Shown here piece after piece: positions 10,125-20,260 of a stretch of DNA of 64,000 bases. The first letter of the stretch is position 1; each line of letters opens with the position of its first letter. The translations under genes and the position numbers were made by a program. The notes under the pieces were generated by a model, which was not told where the DNA came from, did no database searches, and saw only the letters and a list, made by a program, of their open reading frames with translations. The DNA is from Phycisphaerales bacterium (GTDB taxonomy: Bacteria > Planctomycetota > Phycisphaerae > SM23-33 > FEN-1343). The stretch is taken from positions 34,958-98,957 of the forward strand of contig PMYD01000089.1 of the NCBI GenBank assembly GCA_003171335.1, read 5' to 3'.

Positions 10125-11660
10125 ATGGCCATTACGCCGTCAGAAGGCGAAGTTGTGCTCGTGGGCGCCGGTCCGGGTGATCCTGGGTTGATTACCCTAG
10201 AGGCCCTGCGCTGGCTTGCCCGGGCCGACGTGGTTTTCTACGATCGCCTGGCCCCACCGCAGTTGCTGGACTTCACGCCGGCGGCGGCCACTCGTGTCTA
10301 CGTCGGCAAGTCCAGCGGCGAAAAGGGCTTATCACAGGAAGAGATCAACCACCGGCTGATCGACGCCGCCCGGGCGGGAAAACTGGTCGTCCGACTCAAG
10401 GGCGGCGACCCCTTCCTCTTCGGCCGCGGTGGCGAGGAAGCCTCAGTCCTCAAAGCGGCCGGCGTGAGCTACCGCGTAGTGCCGGGCATCACGGCGGCCT
10501 GCGGTGCGGCCGCATGGAACGGCCTGCCGCTGACCGACCGGCGGCTGGCAAGTACCGTCGCCTTTGTCACCGCCGAGGAAGACCCGGCCCACGCTTCGGG
10601 CCGGGTGAATTGGGCGGCGCTGGCGGGTATCGACACGGTGGTTCTTTACATGGGCGTCAAGACGCTCGATGGCGTGGCCGCCAGGCTTATCGCCGCGGGC
10701 AAAGCGGCCGACACGCCGGCCGCGATCATCGAGCGCGCCACGTTGCCCGGCCAGCGAGTGATTTCGGCGACGCTCAAAACGATCGCTCAGGCGGCCGCCG
10801 CGGCGGATATTCAGCCGCCGGCCATCACCATTGTCGGACCGGTGGTCTCGCTCGCCGCCCAGCTTGATTGGCGCTCGGCCTTACCGCTGGCGGGGCGAAC
10901 GATCGTGATCACCCGGCCGGCGGACCAATCGATGCGGCTGCGCGACCAGTTGTCTGACCTGGGCGCCGATGTGCTGACCGCCCCGGCAGTCGAGGTTCGC
11001 CCGGCGGAGGATCTCGCGGCCGTGGATGCGGCACTGAGACAAATAGACCAATATGCCTGGATCTGCTTCACCAGCGCGCATGGCGTGGCCGCGTTTCTCC
11101 AGCGGGCGGTGTCGCTGGGGCTTGATGGCCGGGCGTTTGGCGGTGTGAAGATCGCCGCCATCGGCCCGGCGACGGCCGAGGCGCTGGGCCGGCATTTCCT
11201 GCGACCCGACCTGCTGCCGCATCGCTACACCGGGCAGGATCTGGCCGAGGAAATCCTCGCCCGCGATGGCGCGCCAGGCGGCGGCCGCGTGCTGCTGGCC
11301 CGCTCCGACCTTGCCCAGCCGGAACTGCCGGCGGCCCTCCGCCAAGCGGGGGTCGTTGTCGACGATGTGGTCGTCTACCGCAGCGTTTGCCCCGCTTCTT
11401 TGCCTGTGGATGTCGTGGCCGCCCTGGCCGCGGGCAAAGTGAACTGGGTGACATTTACCAGCGGGTCCACCGTTCGGAATTTCCTGGCGCTGGCCCGCCG
11501 GCAGGAGGTGGCGCTGGATGGTGTGAAGCTGGCCAGCATCGGCCCCTCGACCTCTGCCGCCTTGCGTGAGGCGGGCCTGGAGGTGCATGTCCAGGCGCAG
11601 CCGCACACCGCTGAGGGGCTGTGCGCCGCCCTGCTGGCGGCCGAGGGCATCAGCCCATGA
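10125..11660 (+). CDS. cobA-hemD: Uroporphyrinogen-III C-methyltransferase / uroporphyrinogen-III synthase fusion
   Basis: The N-terminal SUMT motif VVLVGAGPGDPGLITLEALRWLARADVVFYDRL and the GGDPF block identify the methyltransferase half. The C-terminal half is HemD-like (TIVITRPADQS...). Confidence 0.85.
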   Translation: MAITPSEGEVVLVGAGPGDPGLITLEALRWLARADVVFYDRLAPPQLLDFTPAAATRVYVGKSSGEKGLSQEEINHRLIDAARAGKLVVRLKGGDPFLFGRGGEEASVLKAAGVSYRVVPGITAACGAAAWNGLPLTDRRLASTVAFVTAEEDPAHASGRVNWAALAGIDTVVLYMGVKTLDGVAARLIAAGKAADTPAAIIERATLPGQRVISATLKTIAQAAAAADIQPPAITIVGPVVSLAAQLDWRSALPLAGRTIVITRPADQSMRLRDQLSDLGADVLTAPAVEVRPAEDLAAVDAALRQIDQYAWICFTSAHGVAAFLQRAVSLGLDGRAFGGVKIAAIGPATAEALGRHFLRPDLLPHRYTGQDLAEEILARDGAPGGGRVLLARSDLAQPELPAALRQAGVVVDDVVVYRSVCPASLPVDVVAALAAGKVNWVTFTSGSTVRNFLALARRQEVALDGVKLASIGPSTSAALREAGLEVHVQAQPHTAEGLCAALLAAEGISP

Positions 11661-12508
11661 GCCCTACACTGGAGATTACCTTCATGGGCACCGGCACCAG
11701 TCACGGCGTGCCGATGATCGGCTGCGACTGCCGCACCTGTCGGTCGGAGGATCCGCGCGATAAGCGGAATCGCGCCAGCGTGTCGATTCGGGTGAAGCCG
11801 GATCGCGCTGAATCGGCGCCGCCGACGGCGGCTGTGCCACATCGAGAAGCCGCGGATGACGAGGCGGTCTTGCTGATCGACACGCCGCCGGAGCTTCGCC
11901 TGGCGGCCATTGCCACGAGCTTGTCGCGGGTGGATGCGGTACTCATTACACACGCCCACGCCGACCACATCCTGGGGATGGACGACCTGCGGCGGTACAA
12001 CGATTTGCGCGGCGGCCCCATCGACGTGTATGGGGCGGCCGACTCCATAACCATCATCCGCAAGGTATTCGGCTATGCCGAGGCGCCTTATGATAATTTT
12101 GATCGGCCGAGCCTGCGCTTCCGCGAGATGGCCGGCGCGATCTGTGCGGCGGGCGTGGGGGTAACGCCCGTGCCCCTGGTCCACGGCCAGCGGATGATCC
12201 TGGGCTACCGCATCGGCCCGGTCGCCTACTGCACCGACTGCTCGGCCATCCCCCCCGCCAGTTGGCCGCTGCTGGAGGACCTGGAGCTGCTGATTCTAGG
12301 CTGCCTGCGCTACACGCCTCACCCGGCCCACTTCAACGTCGAGGGGGCGTTGGCCACTATCGAGCGCCTGGGCCCCCGGCGGACGCTGCTGACGCACATC
12401 GCGCACGAGATCGGCCATGCCGAGCTTTCGGCCCGGCTGCCCGACAACATCCAGCCCGCGTTTGACGGGCAGCGAGTCGAGCTGCTCGGCTTGCAGGCCA
12501 GCAGGTGA
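11657..12508 (+). CDS. MBL-fold metallo-hydrolase (PhnP/GPMDE-like)
   Basis: HAHADH zinc motif (VLITHAHADHILGMDDL) and an FMGTGTSHGVP N-terminus. The ATG overlaps the upstream TGA (ATGA), indicating translational coupling with cobA-hemD. Confidence 0.7.
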   Translation: MSPTLEITFMGTGTSHGVPMIGCDCRTCRSEDPRDKRNRASVSIRVKPDRAESAPPTAAVPHREAADDEAVLLIDTPPELRLAAIATSLSRVDAVLITHAHADHILGMDDLRRYNDLRGGPIDVYGAADSITIIRKVFGYAEAPYDNFDRPSLRFREMAGAICAAGVGVTPVPLVHGQRMILGYRIGPVAYCTDCSAIPPASWPLLEDLELLILGCLRYTPHPAHFNVEGALATIERLGPRRTLLTHIAHEIGHAELSARLPDNIQPAFDGQRVELLGLQASR

Positions 12509-12551
12509 ATATCGCGGCAGCACCGGTCGGAAAGCAGCCGCGGGGGCAATC

Positions 12552-14114
12552 TTACGCCGCACGGCGCCAGTCGGCGCGGGCGGTCAGCGTGATCCGGGTG
12601 CCCCGGTCCGGAGCGCTTTGGATGGACAGCTCGCCCCCCATCGCGGCGACGCGCTGGTTGATGCGAAGCAGGCCCGTTCCGCTGTACAGGTCAGGCGCCG
12701 CGCCAGCGGAAGGCTCAAAGCCCTTGCCATGATCCTCGACGAAGACCTGGATGTGCTCCTCATCAGCGCGCAGCAGTTCCACGCGCGCCGAATCGACGCC
12801 GGCATGTTTGGCCACATTCAGCAGCAGCTCCCGGACGGAGTCGAACACGAAGTAGCGCAGCTCCTGGCTGGGCGGCTCGGCGGCGGGGTCGGCCTTGAGG
12901 TCGACCTGGAGGTTGTATTTTTCGGACACATCCCGGCACAGCCAATCCAGTGCGGCGGCCAGTCCGTGCGATTCCAGAACGGGCGGGCTCAGCTCCGCGG
13001 TCAGCGAGCGCGCCACCTGCAACGCCTCGGCCAGCATGGCGCTGGCGCGCTGGGCGGCCTGACCGTTTTCCGTATCCTTTGGTTTCTTGGCCATCAGCTC
13101 AATGCTCACCTTGGCCGCGACCAGCAATTGCTGAAGATTATCATGCATGACTCGGCCAATGCGCCGGCGCTCGCGCTGCTCGGTGGAGACCAGTTCATCC
13201 GCCAGGGCGCGGAGCTGCCCGGCCTGCTGTTCCTGGGTCTCATTGGCGGCTTCCAGTTGCGCCGTCCGTTCCTCGACGCGCAACTCCATTTCGTTGTACA
13301 GCCGCAGGACTTCCTTCTCCACGCGCCGTTGCTCGGTGATATCACGCAGGGCCGTCAGAACCGCCGGCCGTCCTTGAAAATAGATGCGGGCCGTGCTGGC
13401 CTCGACGTCGACCACCTTGCCGTCCAGCCGGAACAGCGGCATCTCCAGCGGCGGGACAACTCCTCCTTTGGCCAGCACAAGTTCGCGGCGCCGCCGCGCC
13501 AGGTCGCTGAAATCCGGCGAGGTAAACTGGGCCAGGTCGCGCCCCAGGAGTTCCTCCATGCTGGCGGCCCCGGCCAGATGAACGCCTACCGGGTTCACGT
13601 ACACCAGCTTGTCATCAATGCTGACGATAATGGGACCCGGTGACAGTTCCACCAGGGCACGGTAGCGTTCCTCGCTCTCCCGCAGGGCGTTTTCCAGGCG
13701 CTTGCGCTCGGTGATGTCGCGGTCGATGCCGCCGTAGCATTCCAGGCTGCCCTTGGGCCCGAATATCGGCGCCCCGCTGGTCTCCAGCACCACCAGCCGG
13801 CCATCCTTGCGGATATGCATGTTCTCCAGTTGAACGATCTCGCTGCCGCGCTGGACGGATTCCTCAAAAATCGGCCGCACCCGCCGCGCTTCCTCGGGCG
13901 GCATGAAATCGAACGGCGTCTTGCCGATGACTTCGCGCGGCTCGTATCCCAGGACCTCGCGCACGCCCTGGTTGCAGTAGATGTACTGCCCGGCCGAACT
14001 GACCTCCCAGACCCAGTCGGATACCGACGCCACCAGCCTGGGAAGTGTCGCCGCGTACGGCGGCACTCTGCGGCCATCGCGGTCCTGCCATTCTCTTGCC
14101 ATGCCCGAGCTCAT
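12552..14114 (-). CDS. PAS-domain sensor histidine kinase (HisKA_3/NarL-type H-box)
   Basis: Two or three PAS-like segments, an H-box MHDNLQQLL, and a HATPase C-terminus (GTGLLRINQRVAAMGGELSI). The ATG at 14114 has a purine-rich RBS; the longest ORF begins at GTG 14135. Confidence 0.75.
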   Translation of the reverse strand: MSSGMAREWQDRDGRRVPPYAATLPRLVASVSDWVWEVSSAGQYIYCNQGVREVLGYEPREVIGKTPFDFMPPEEARRVRPIFEESVQRGSEIVQLENMHIRKDGRLVVLETSGAPIFGPKGSLECYGGIDRDITERKRLENALRESEERYRALVELSPGPIIVSIDDKLVYVNPVGVHLAGAASMEELLGRDLAQFTSPDFSDLARRRRELVLAKGGVVPPLEMPLFRLDGKVVDVEASTARIYFQGRPAVLTALRDITEQRRVEKEVLRLYNEMELRVEERTAQLEAANETQEQQAGQLRALADELVSTEQRERRRIGRVMHDNLQQLLVAAKVSIELMAKKPKDTENGQAAQRASAMLAEALQVARSLTAELSPPVLESHGLAAALDWLCRDVSEKYNLQVDLKADPAAEPPSQELRYFVFDSVRELLLNVAKHAGVDSARVELLRADEEHIQVFVEDHGKGFEPSAGAAPDLYSGTGLLRINQRVAAMGGELSIQSAPDRGTRITLTARADWRRAA

Positions 14115-14364
14115 AGATATGCTCTCTCTCTTCACTCGGGGCAGACTAAACCCGTGTTGGGACCCCTATATTTATCTTAGCGCCGCCGCCCGCGCAGGCA
14201 ACGGGATCGGCCGGAAAACCTGGTCTTGACGGAAAGCCGCACTTGCATCTGGCGTCCTTCAAAAATACATTCATGTCCAATTCGCGGCCAGCGCAGATGT
14301 CGGGCCGCATCGGGAAAGATCGTCCAAGCGCCGCCGCCGTTACGGCCCGTGCGCTCTCGCCAGG

Positions 14365-15780
14365 ATGGGTGCCATGATTAAGTTGATGTTTCTCGACTAT
14401 CGCGACCTGGAAGTCGTCACAGCCTTCACGCGGCAGGCGCATCCGCCCATCAAGCACGCGGGCGACCCCTTGCTGCGGTCGGACCTGCCCACCGAAGACA
14501 ACCTGATGAGCATGTTCGGCACCGTCATCCGCCGGCCCACCGACGGGTTGTGGCAGTACTGGTACAAGTGCTTTAACCCGAACGAGAAGGGCCCGGCCCT
14601 GGGATACGCCCAGAGCCGCGACGGCGTGAAGTGGGAACGCCCCGGCATGGGCGTGGTCAGCTTCAAAGGCCAGGACACGCACATCGTTTTCGATGCGGGG
14701 CCGCACGGGACGGCGGTGATCTACGATGAGCAGGAAACCCGCCCCGCCTGGCGCTACAAGATGGTGCACGGCTCCAACCCCACCAAGCGGATCTCCGCCC
14801 ACCGCAGCCCCGACGGCATTCACTGGACAGCGGCCGGCGAGAACCCCGTCGTGTGCGCCACCGCCGGCGGCCCCCTGGGGCTGATGCGGGCCCAGGATGG
14901 CCGGTACGTGATGTACATCCGGCCTTGCAAGGGCGATCGCCGCGTGGCCCGAGCCGAATCGTGGGATTTCATCCACTGGACCGAGCCGGTGGTGGTGATC
15001 GACCAGGATCCTATCGACCCCGTCCAGGTGCAGTTCTACGGCATGGATGCCTGGCCCTACGGCGGCTACGAGATGGGGCTGCTGTGGATCTACGACACCG
15101 ACGCCGACGACCTGGCCTTCCACAAGCCGCGCGGGCGGATGTTCCCCGAGCTGGCGTATACCCGTAGCGGCTACGCCTGGCACCGCGCCAGCGTGGGCAC
15201 GCGCTGGATCGACCTGGGCGCCCCGGGAACCTGGGACCACGCCCAGATCCACCCTTCCAGCCTGCCGGTCTACCTCGACGATGAAGTCCGCTGGTACTAC
15301 ACCGCCTGTTCCGTGCCGCACGAGTTCGTGGCCCGCGGCGGCGAGCCTACCTGGGCCTTCGGCTACGCCTCCAGCCGGCCCGATCGCTACATCAGCCTGA
15401 ACGCCGGCCAGCAGGAGGCCCAACTGCTCACCCGGCCGTTCTGGAGCGAGGTGGGCGAGTTCTTCGCCAACGCCCAGATCGACCGCGGCGGTTACGTGAA
15501 GGTGGAAGTCACCGACACGGCGGGTGCGGCCGTCGAAGGCTTCTCGCTGGCTGATGCCCAGACGCTCCAGGGCGACGATCTGCGGCATCGTCTGGCCTGG
15601 AGCAAAGGCAAGCCGGCCGCACTGGCCAATAAACAGATCCGCCTGCGCATCCGCGCCAAGAACGCCAAGCTCTTCTCCCTGGCCGGCGGCACGGAAGCCC
15701 AGGCCAAGCAATACTGGCGATTCCGAATCCCGCATTTCATGCCCATGGATGAGGAAAAGGCCCTGGTGGGCATCGGCTAG
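14365..15780 (+). CDS. Glycoside-hydrolase-like 5-bladed beta-propeller protein (GH43/GH32/GH130-clan-like)
   Basis: Recurrent D-G-x-x-W blades (SRDGVKWERP, SPDGIHWT, WDFIHWTEP). No signal peptide. Family assignment is tentative. Confidence 0.5.
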   Translation: MGAMIKLMFLDYRDLEVVTAFTRQAHPPIKHAGDPLLRSDLPTEDNLMSMFGTVIRRPTDGLWQYWYKCFNPNEKGPALGYAQSRDGVKWERPGMGVVSFKGQDTHIVFDAGPHGTAVIYDEQETRPAWRYKMVHGSNPTKRISAHRSPDGIHWTAAGENPVVCATAGGPLGLMRAQDGRYVMYIRPCKGDRRVARAESWDFIHWTEPVVVIDQDPIDPVQVQFYGMDAWPYGGYEMGLLWIYDTDADDLAFHKPRGRMFPELAYTRSGYAWHRASVGTRWIDLGAPGTWDHAQIHPSSLPVYLDDEVRWYYTACSVPHEFVARGGEPTWAFGYASSRPDRYISLNAGQQEAQLLTRPFWSEVGEFFANAQIDRGGYVKVEVTDTAGAAVEGFSLADAQTLQGDDLRHRLAWSKGKPAALANKQIRLRIRAKNAKLFSLAGGTEAQAKQYWRFRIPHFMPMDEEKALVGIG

Positions 15781-15922
15781 GGCGCTTTGTTTTCGAGCCC
15801 GCAGGGTTTTTGACCATTAGGGCACTCTGTTTTGGAGCCCGTAGGGCGGTTGACCATTAGCCCCGGGTGCTGCCGCGAGCGGTAGCGAGCGGCAAACCCG
15901 GGGAATACGTGGCCCCATATTC

Positions 15923-17734
15923 TCAGAGTCCGTCAGGGCGACTGAGCCGCGCAGACTCAAACGCTCCGATCTCATCACGTGACAAGCCCGCCTGCTCGGC
16001 CTTCCCGTAATTGGACCTGATCCAGTCTGCCGGATCTTGCGTAAGGGTAATGCGGACAACCACCAGTTGACTCTTTGTTGGACCCTTTGTGGCCAACGTC
16101 TCCATTTGTATTCCCTTGAGCGTGTCAAGCAGGCTCACGCGGTCCAGGCCGCTGATGATGCCGTACGCCTCGCCCTCCTTCCAGAGCCAGCGAACCAGCT
16201 TGTCCGGCATGCGGTCCTCGAAACGGATGGGGCTGGGCCAGCCGGTGTAGAACTGGAAGGAAAACCGCTCGGCGGACCAGAGGAAATATCGCGCCGGTTT
16301 GACCGGCACGGCCGCCTTTGTCTGGTCGGCAAGTTCGCGGCAACTGGCCATGCGGTAGGTTGGGGCCACCCACCCAATTGCGCCCAACCAGCCCACGAAG
16401 ACCGCCGCCACGACCATGGCCAGTGCGGCAGGCCGGCCTTCTTTTCGCATCAGCCGCAGCGCCGCCAACGCCAGAATTCCGACCGCCGCCGGCGCGATCG
16501 CCATCCACGGGCTGAGCTCCTTCGACCACGGCGCCAGGATCATCGGTAGCGCCGCGACGCCCACCGCGCTGATCGCCAGGGCGGGCAGGCCCAGCCGCAT
16601 CAGCCGATGCGGCTGCGCGGAGTCCGACCAGTTGCCCAGGAAGACGCCGATCAGAACCGCCAGCGGTGCAAAGAGCGGCATCAGATATTGGGCTTCCTTT
16701 CCGGAACTCACGGCCACCACACCCAGTGGTAAAAGCACGGCCAGCCACAGCAACAGCACCTGGCCTCGCTGCGACACGGCCAGGCCGCCGCGGCGGATGG
16801 ACCGGACGATCACGCCGGGCAGCAGGAGCGTCCAGGGCATCAGCCCCCCCAGCAGCAAGGGCACGTAGAGGATGCCCGGCCAATGCCGGCCGACGCTGAC
16901 GGTGGCAAAGCGTTCGAGATTATTCCTGATGAAGAAATACTGGAAGTACGACGGATCTCGCCACATGGCCGCCACGTACCACGGCGCCGCGATGGCCGCG
17001 AACAGCGCCAGCCCCAGCGGGCTCAGCGCTCCGGTCAGGCGGCTGTATTGCCGGCGGGCGATCATCCACACCAGGATCACCAGCAGCGGCAACGCCAGCC
17101 CCGCCGGCCCCTTAAACAGCACGGCGAGGGCCGCAAAGCCGTAAAAACCGATCCAACCGGCTCGCCGGGCCTTGGCCGAGGGATCTTCAGCGGCGGCGGC
17201 CTGGCCCCGCGCCAGCCACCACAGGGCGGCCCACATGGCGGCCGTGAAGGCCATGTCCATGCGGTACCAGTGGGCGACGAACAGAAACTCCCCCGCCGTC
17301 GCCAGGGCCGCCCCCGCCGTCAGGCCGGCCGCCCGACCCGCCAGCCGCCGCGCCCAGGACCAGGTGATCAGCACGGCCAACCAGGCCGCCAGGGCCGAGA
17401 CCAGCCGCCCGCCCAGCTCGGCGCTGCCGGTCAGCTTCTGGCTCGCGGCGGCCAGCCAGAAAAATGGGGCCGGTTTATCGTAATACACCTGGCCGGTCAG
17501 GTGCGGCATGAGCCAGTCGCCGCCCTGGAGCATCTCCTTGACGACCAGGGCGCAGCGCGATTCATCCGGGTCCATCAGCGGCAGGCTGGCGGATTTGAAC
17601 AGGAACAGGCACAGCACCGCCGCCGAGAGCCACAGCCAATCCAGGCGGCCGCTGGCCAGCCGCGCGAAAATGGCGCGGCGGCGCATACGGACGGCAGGCT
17701 GAGTGGCTTCTACAGGCATTGTAATTGCGGGCAT
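15923..17734 (-). CDS. PMT/ArnT-like membrane glycosyltransferase (GT39/GT83 family), polyprenyl-phosphate-sugar dependent
   Basis: Polytopic membrane protein with the family-typical N-terminal block DPDESRCALVVKEMLQGGDWLMPHLTGQVYYDKPAPFFW and a ~150-aa C-terminal soluble extension. Confidence 0.7.
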   Translation of the reverse strand: MPAITMPVEATQPAVRMRRRAIFARLASGRLDWLWLSAAVLCLFLFKSASLPLMDPDESRCALVVKEMLQGGDWLMPHLTGQVYYDKPAPFFWLAAASQKLTGSAELGGRLVSALAAWLAVLITWSWARRLAGRAAGLTAGAALATAGEFLFVAHWYRMDMAFTAAMWAALWWLARGQAAAAEDPSAKARRAGWIGFYGFAALAVLFKGPAGLALPLLVILVWMIARRQYSRLTGALSPLGLALFAAIAAPWYVAAMWRDPSYFQYFFIRNNLERFATVSVGRHWPGILYVPLLLGGLMPWTLLLPGVIVRSIRRGGLAVSQRGQVLLLWLAVLLPLGVVAVSSGKEAQYLMPLFAPLAVLIGVFLGNWSDSAQPHRLMRLGLPALAISAVGVAALPMILAPWSKELSPWMAIAPAAVGILALAALRLMRKEGRPAALAMVVAAVFVGWLGAIGWVAPTYRMASCRELADQTKAAVPVKPARYFLWSAERFSFQFYTGWPSPIRFEDRMPDKLVRWLWKEGEAYGIISGLDRVSLLDTLKGIQMETLATKGPTKSQLVVVRITLTQDPADWIRSNYGKAEQAGLSRDEIGAFESARLSRPDGL

Positions 17735-17913
17735 CCTAAAGCACGCCCCGCCGCTTGTACAGGCAAAGTGAAGTCCTGAGGTGGCATGCCCTCACGCCGT
17801 GGGCCGCCAAGGCGGCCAAGGCGAGTGGGCATGGCTCATCCAGCAAGCCTGTCCGGCCGCATAAAATGGGTTGGCCTATGCGATTTCTCCTTTCGCTGCC
17901 AAAGGCGCAACCG

Positions 17914-18972
17914 ATGATGGTGAAACGTTCCGACGCCAATCCGTTGATCAGCCCCGCTTCGGTCGTACCCACGCGCGAGGATGTCGAGATCTACTGCACG
18001 ATCAACCCGGCCGCCACGTGGCTTAGTAGCGGCGAGGCGCTGCTGCTGGTCCGCGTGGGCGAGCGGCCGCTGCCGGTGGAAGGCACGGCCGCCGCACTGG
18101 TCTTCGATTACGCCAGCGGGAAGACGGAGGTCCGCCGGTATCGGCTCGACGACCCAAAGGTGGACATCCAGGATGGTCGAACCTTTCATTACGAAGGCCG
18201 CCGGCTGCTCACCAGCCTGTCGCACCTGCGAATCGCCCGCAGCCGCGACCTGCGCTCCTGGCGGCTCGATCCGCAGCCGGCCATCGCCCCGACCACCGAG
18301 TGGGAGGCGTACGGCTGCGAGGATGCCCGCATTACGCCGCTGGAGGGGCGATACTACATCACCTACACGGCCGTCAGCCACCTGGGCATCAACGCCATGC
18401 TGGCGGTGACGGATGATTTTGTGCGCTTCGAGAAGCTGGGCATCATCATCCCCACGTACAACAAGGATGTGTGCATCTTCCCGGAGCGCATCGGCGGGCG
18501 GTATGTCTGCCGGCACCGGCCCTACCGCAGCGAGTTCAACGAGCCGAACATCTGGACCGCCTGGTCGCCGGACCTGAAACACTGGGGCGACCATTCCGTA
18601 CTGCACCGGCCGGTGCACGGCACGTGGCAGTCGGAGCGCGTGGGCGCCGGCGCCCCGCCCATCCGCACCGAGGCCGGCTGGCTGGAAATCTTCCACGGCA
18701 GCGACCCGGCCGGCCGCTACGGCCTGGCGGCCATGCTCTCGGAACTGGACCACCCCGAGCGGCTGATCGGCTACTCCGAACCTGTGCTCCAGCCGCAGGA
18801 ACTCTATGAAACGGCAGGCATTTACGGCCAATGCGTCTTCAGCAACGGCCTCTTGACCCATTCCGACGGCCGGCTGACCATCTTCTACGGCGGTGCCGAC
18901 ACGATCGTCGCCGCAGCGCAAACGACGGTTCAAGAAATGGTTAACGCGGTGAAAGAAGCGAACCGTCGCTAA
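17914..18972 (+). CDS. GH130-family glycosidase/phosphorylase (DUF377/BT_1033-like beta-mannoside phosphorylase family)
   Basis: GH130 motifs GCEDARITPLEGRYYITYTA, IFPERIGGRY..HRP, GAPPIRTEAGWLEIFHG, and FYGGADTIVAAA at the C-terminus. The start was chosen at ATGATG 17914, which has RBS AAAGG. Confidence 0.75.
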   Translation: MMVKRSDANPLISPASVVPTREDVEIYCTINPAATWLSSGEALLLVRVGERPLPVEGTAAALVFDYASGKTEVRRYRLDDPKVDIQDGRTFHYEGRRLLTSLSHLRIARSRDLRSWRLDPQPAIAPTTEWEAYGCEDARITPLEGRYYITYTAVSHLGINAMLAVTDDFVRFEKLGIIIPTYNKDVCIFPERIGGRYVCRHRPYRSEFNEPNIWTAWSPDLKHWGDHSVLHRPVHGTWQSERVGAGAPPIRTEAGWLEIFHGSDPAGRYGLAAMLSELDHPERLIGYSEPVLQPQELYETAGIYGQCVFSNGLLTHSDGRLTIFYGGADTIVAAAQTTVQEMVNAVKEANRR

Positions 18973-20260
18973 TGGCTCCGGACGCTGCCGCGTAGCCAGT
19001 CTTGAGATTCCTTGCTTATTCCTGCATTCATAAGCAGTTAAGCACCAATCTCGGGTGCCAAAACAGGCCAAAACAGGCCAAAACAGCAATTAACCTTCTT
19101 TAGCACTTATGCTTATGCGCAAGTCCTTATCACACAAAGGCCCATGCAAAAGTGCATAATGCTTAAGATGCATATGCCCCTTTTTGTGCAGCTTGTGCAA
19201 TTTCGCAAACTGCCCCATGCCGACCTCGCATCGTCGCTATTCACTTGTCAAGCCACACGCAGCCCTCAGCGGCCGCCAGCGTCGCGATTAACGCGCCAAC
19301 AAGTATTAAGGGGCAAATTGCGTGCCAGACTGTGAACATTCCAAGACGAATTTTTGCACATTTCACAACCGATGTTCATTACAAGCGTTATGAGATCAAA
19401 ATAACAGAACTAACTTTGCAACTCGCGACTTTGGCCGGCCGTGGCCTGCCAAAATGTGCGCATTTCGTTATCTTGGCGACCCGCACCTGCCATTCTTGGC
19501 ATGCGTTGGGTGCCGTGGCTGCGTTTTTCTGCAGCCACGCGTCAGTGCAAGTTGCTCCCCTTCTCGCGCATCAACGCGGCTCCGCAAGTTCTTCCTGATG
19601 ACGCGTGGCTGCGAAGAGAAGCAGCCACGGCACCCGGCTCGATTAGAGCAGTTAAGCCTTGCATATTTACGTCCGGCTTAAAGAAGGTTATGGAAACGAC
19701 CGAGAATCGCTGGAGCCACGAATTTCCAGGGGTATCCCCTGACCGGCAAGTTCTTTAGCCTCCGCAGGAGGCGTTTGATAGTAGCACGACAGCGCTAGTT
19801 TGATCGTAAGTCCTTATTTCTCCGTCGGACCGTTCGGAGTCGTTGTGCGAGTTTCCTAAGGTTCTTGAACATCGAAAGTGAAACTAGCGCTGTCGTGGTA
19901 GGCCCGGCGCGCTGCCCCCAAGCGAGCGCCAGCGAGCGTGGGGGCGAGCCCGGGGGACAGGGCCCTCCCAGAAAAAGAGCCCCGTCAGGGGCGATTGAAC
20001 GGTGCAACCGGGGACACTGCTGCGGCCGCATCGCTCAATCGCCCTGGCGGGCTCCCAGAAGAGGGGGTCCTTCCTTTCCCCAGGCTCGCCCTTCGACTCG
20101 CTTCGCTCGCTCAGGGCAGCGCCAGGGGCTACTGGTCAGACGCCCTGGCGGGCTCAAGAACCGGAGGAAACTCAGGCCGCCCGCTCCGGCTCGGTCGGCG
20201 CCGAAGCCTTCTTAAGCCGGATGTAAACATGCAAAGCTAAACTGCTATAGCCTAGCCTTC
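18973..20260. other. About 1.3-kb lower-GC structured noncoding region with hairpins and short repeats (candidate ncRNA(s) or decayed element)
   Basis: No credible ORF. 3x tandem GCCAAAACAG (19060-19090). Two near-identical hairpins CGTGGCTGCG-loop-GCAGCCACG (19511-19540, 19603-19632). Long-range inverted motifs TAACCTTCTTTA (19093) / TAAAGAAGGTTA (19679). ACGACAGCGCTAGTT inverted pair (19783/19877). GC-rich nested stem 19915-20115 enclosing a GGGCGATTGA...TCAATCGCCC hairpin. Confidence 0.3.

Noticed and set aside
9662-10132. Full-length 156-aa reading of the PilZ ORF
   Set aside because: It would overlap the divergent cobA-hemD start by 8 nt, leaving no promoter space; the internal Met at 10009 places the RxxxR motif at the expected N-terminal position.
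12417-13643. 408-aa plus-strand ORF
   Set aside because: Antisense to the PAS histidine kinase; no conserved motifs.
14146-15735. 529-aa minus-strand ORF
   Set aside because: Antisense to the beta-propeller glycosidase gene, which has a clear ATG and recurring DG..W blades.
16883-17779. 298-aa plus-strand ORF
   Set aside because: Antisense to the PMT/ArnT-like transferase; Arg/Gln/Pro-rich low-complexity translation.
19600-19640. SRP (4.5S) RNA candidate GAAGAGAAGCAGCCACGGCA
   Set aside because: The GAAGCAGCC similarity to the SRP domain IV motif is explained by a simple local hairpin (CGTGGCTGC/GCAGCCACG); flanking conserved SRP positions are absent.
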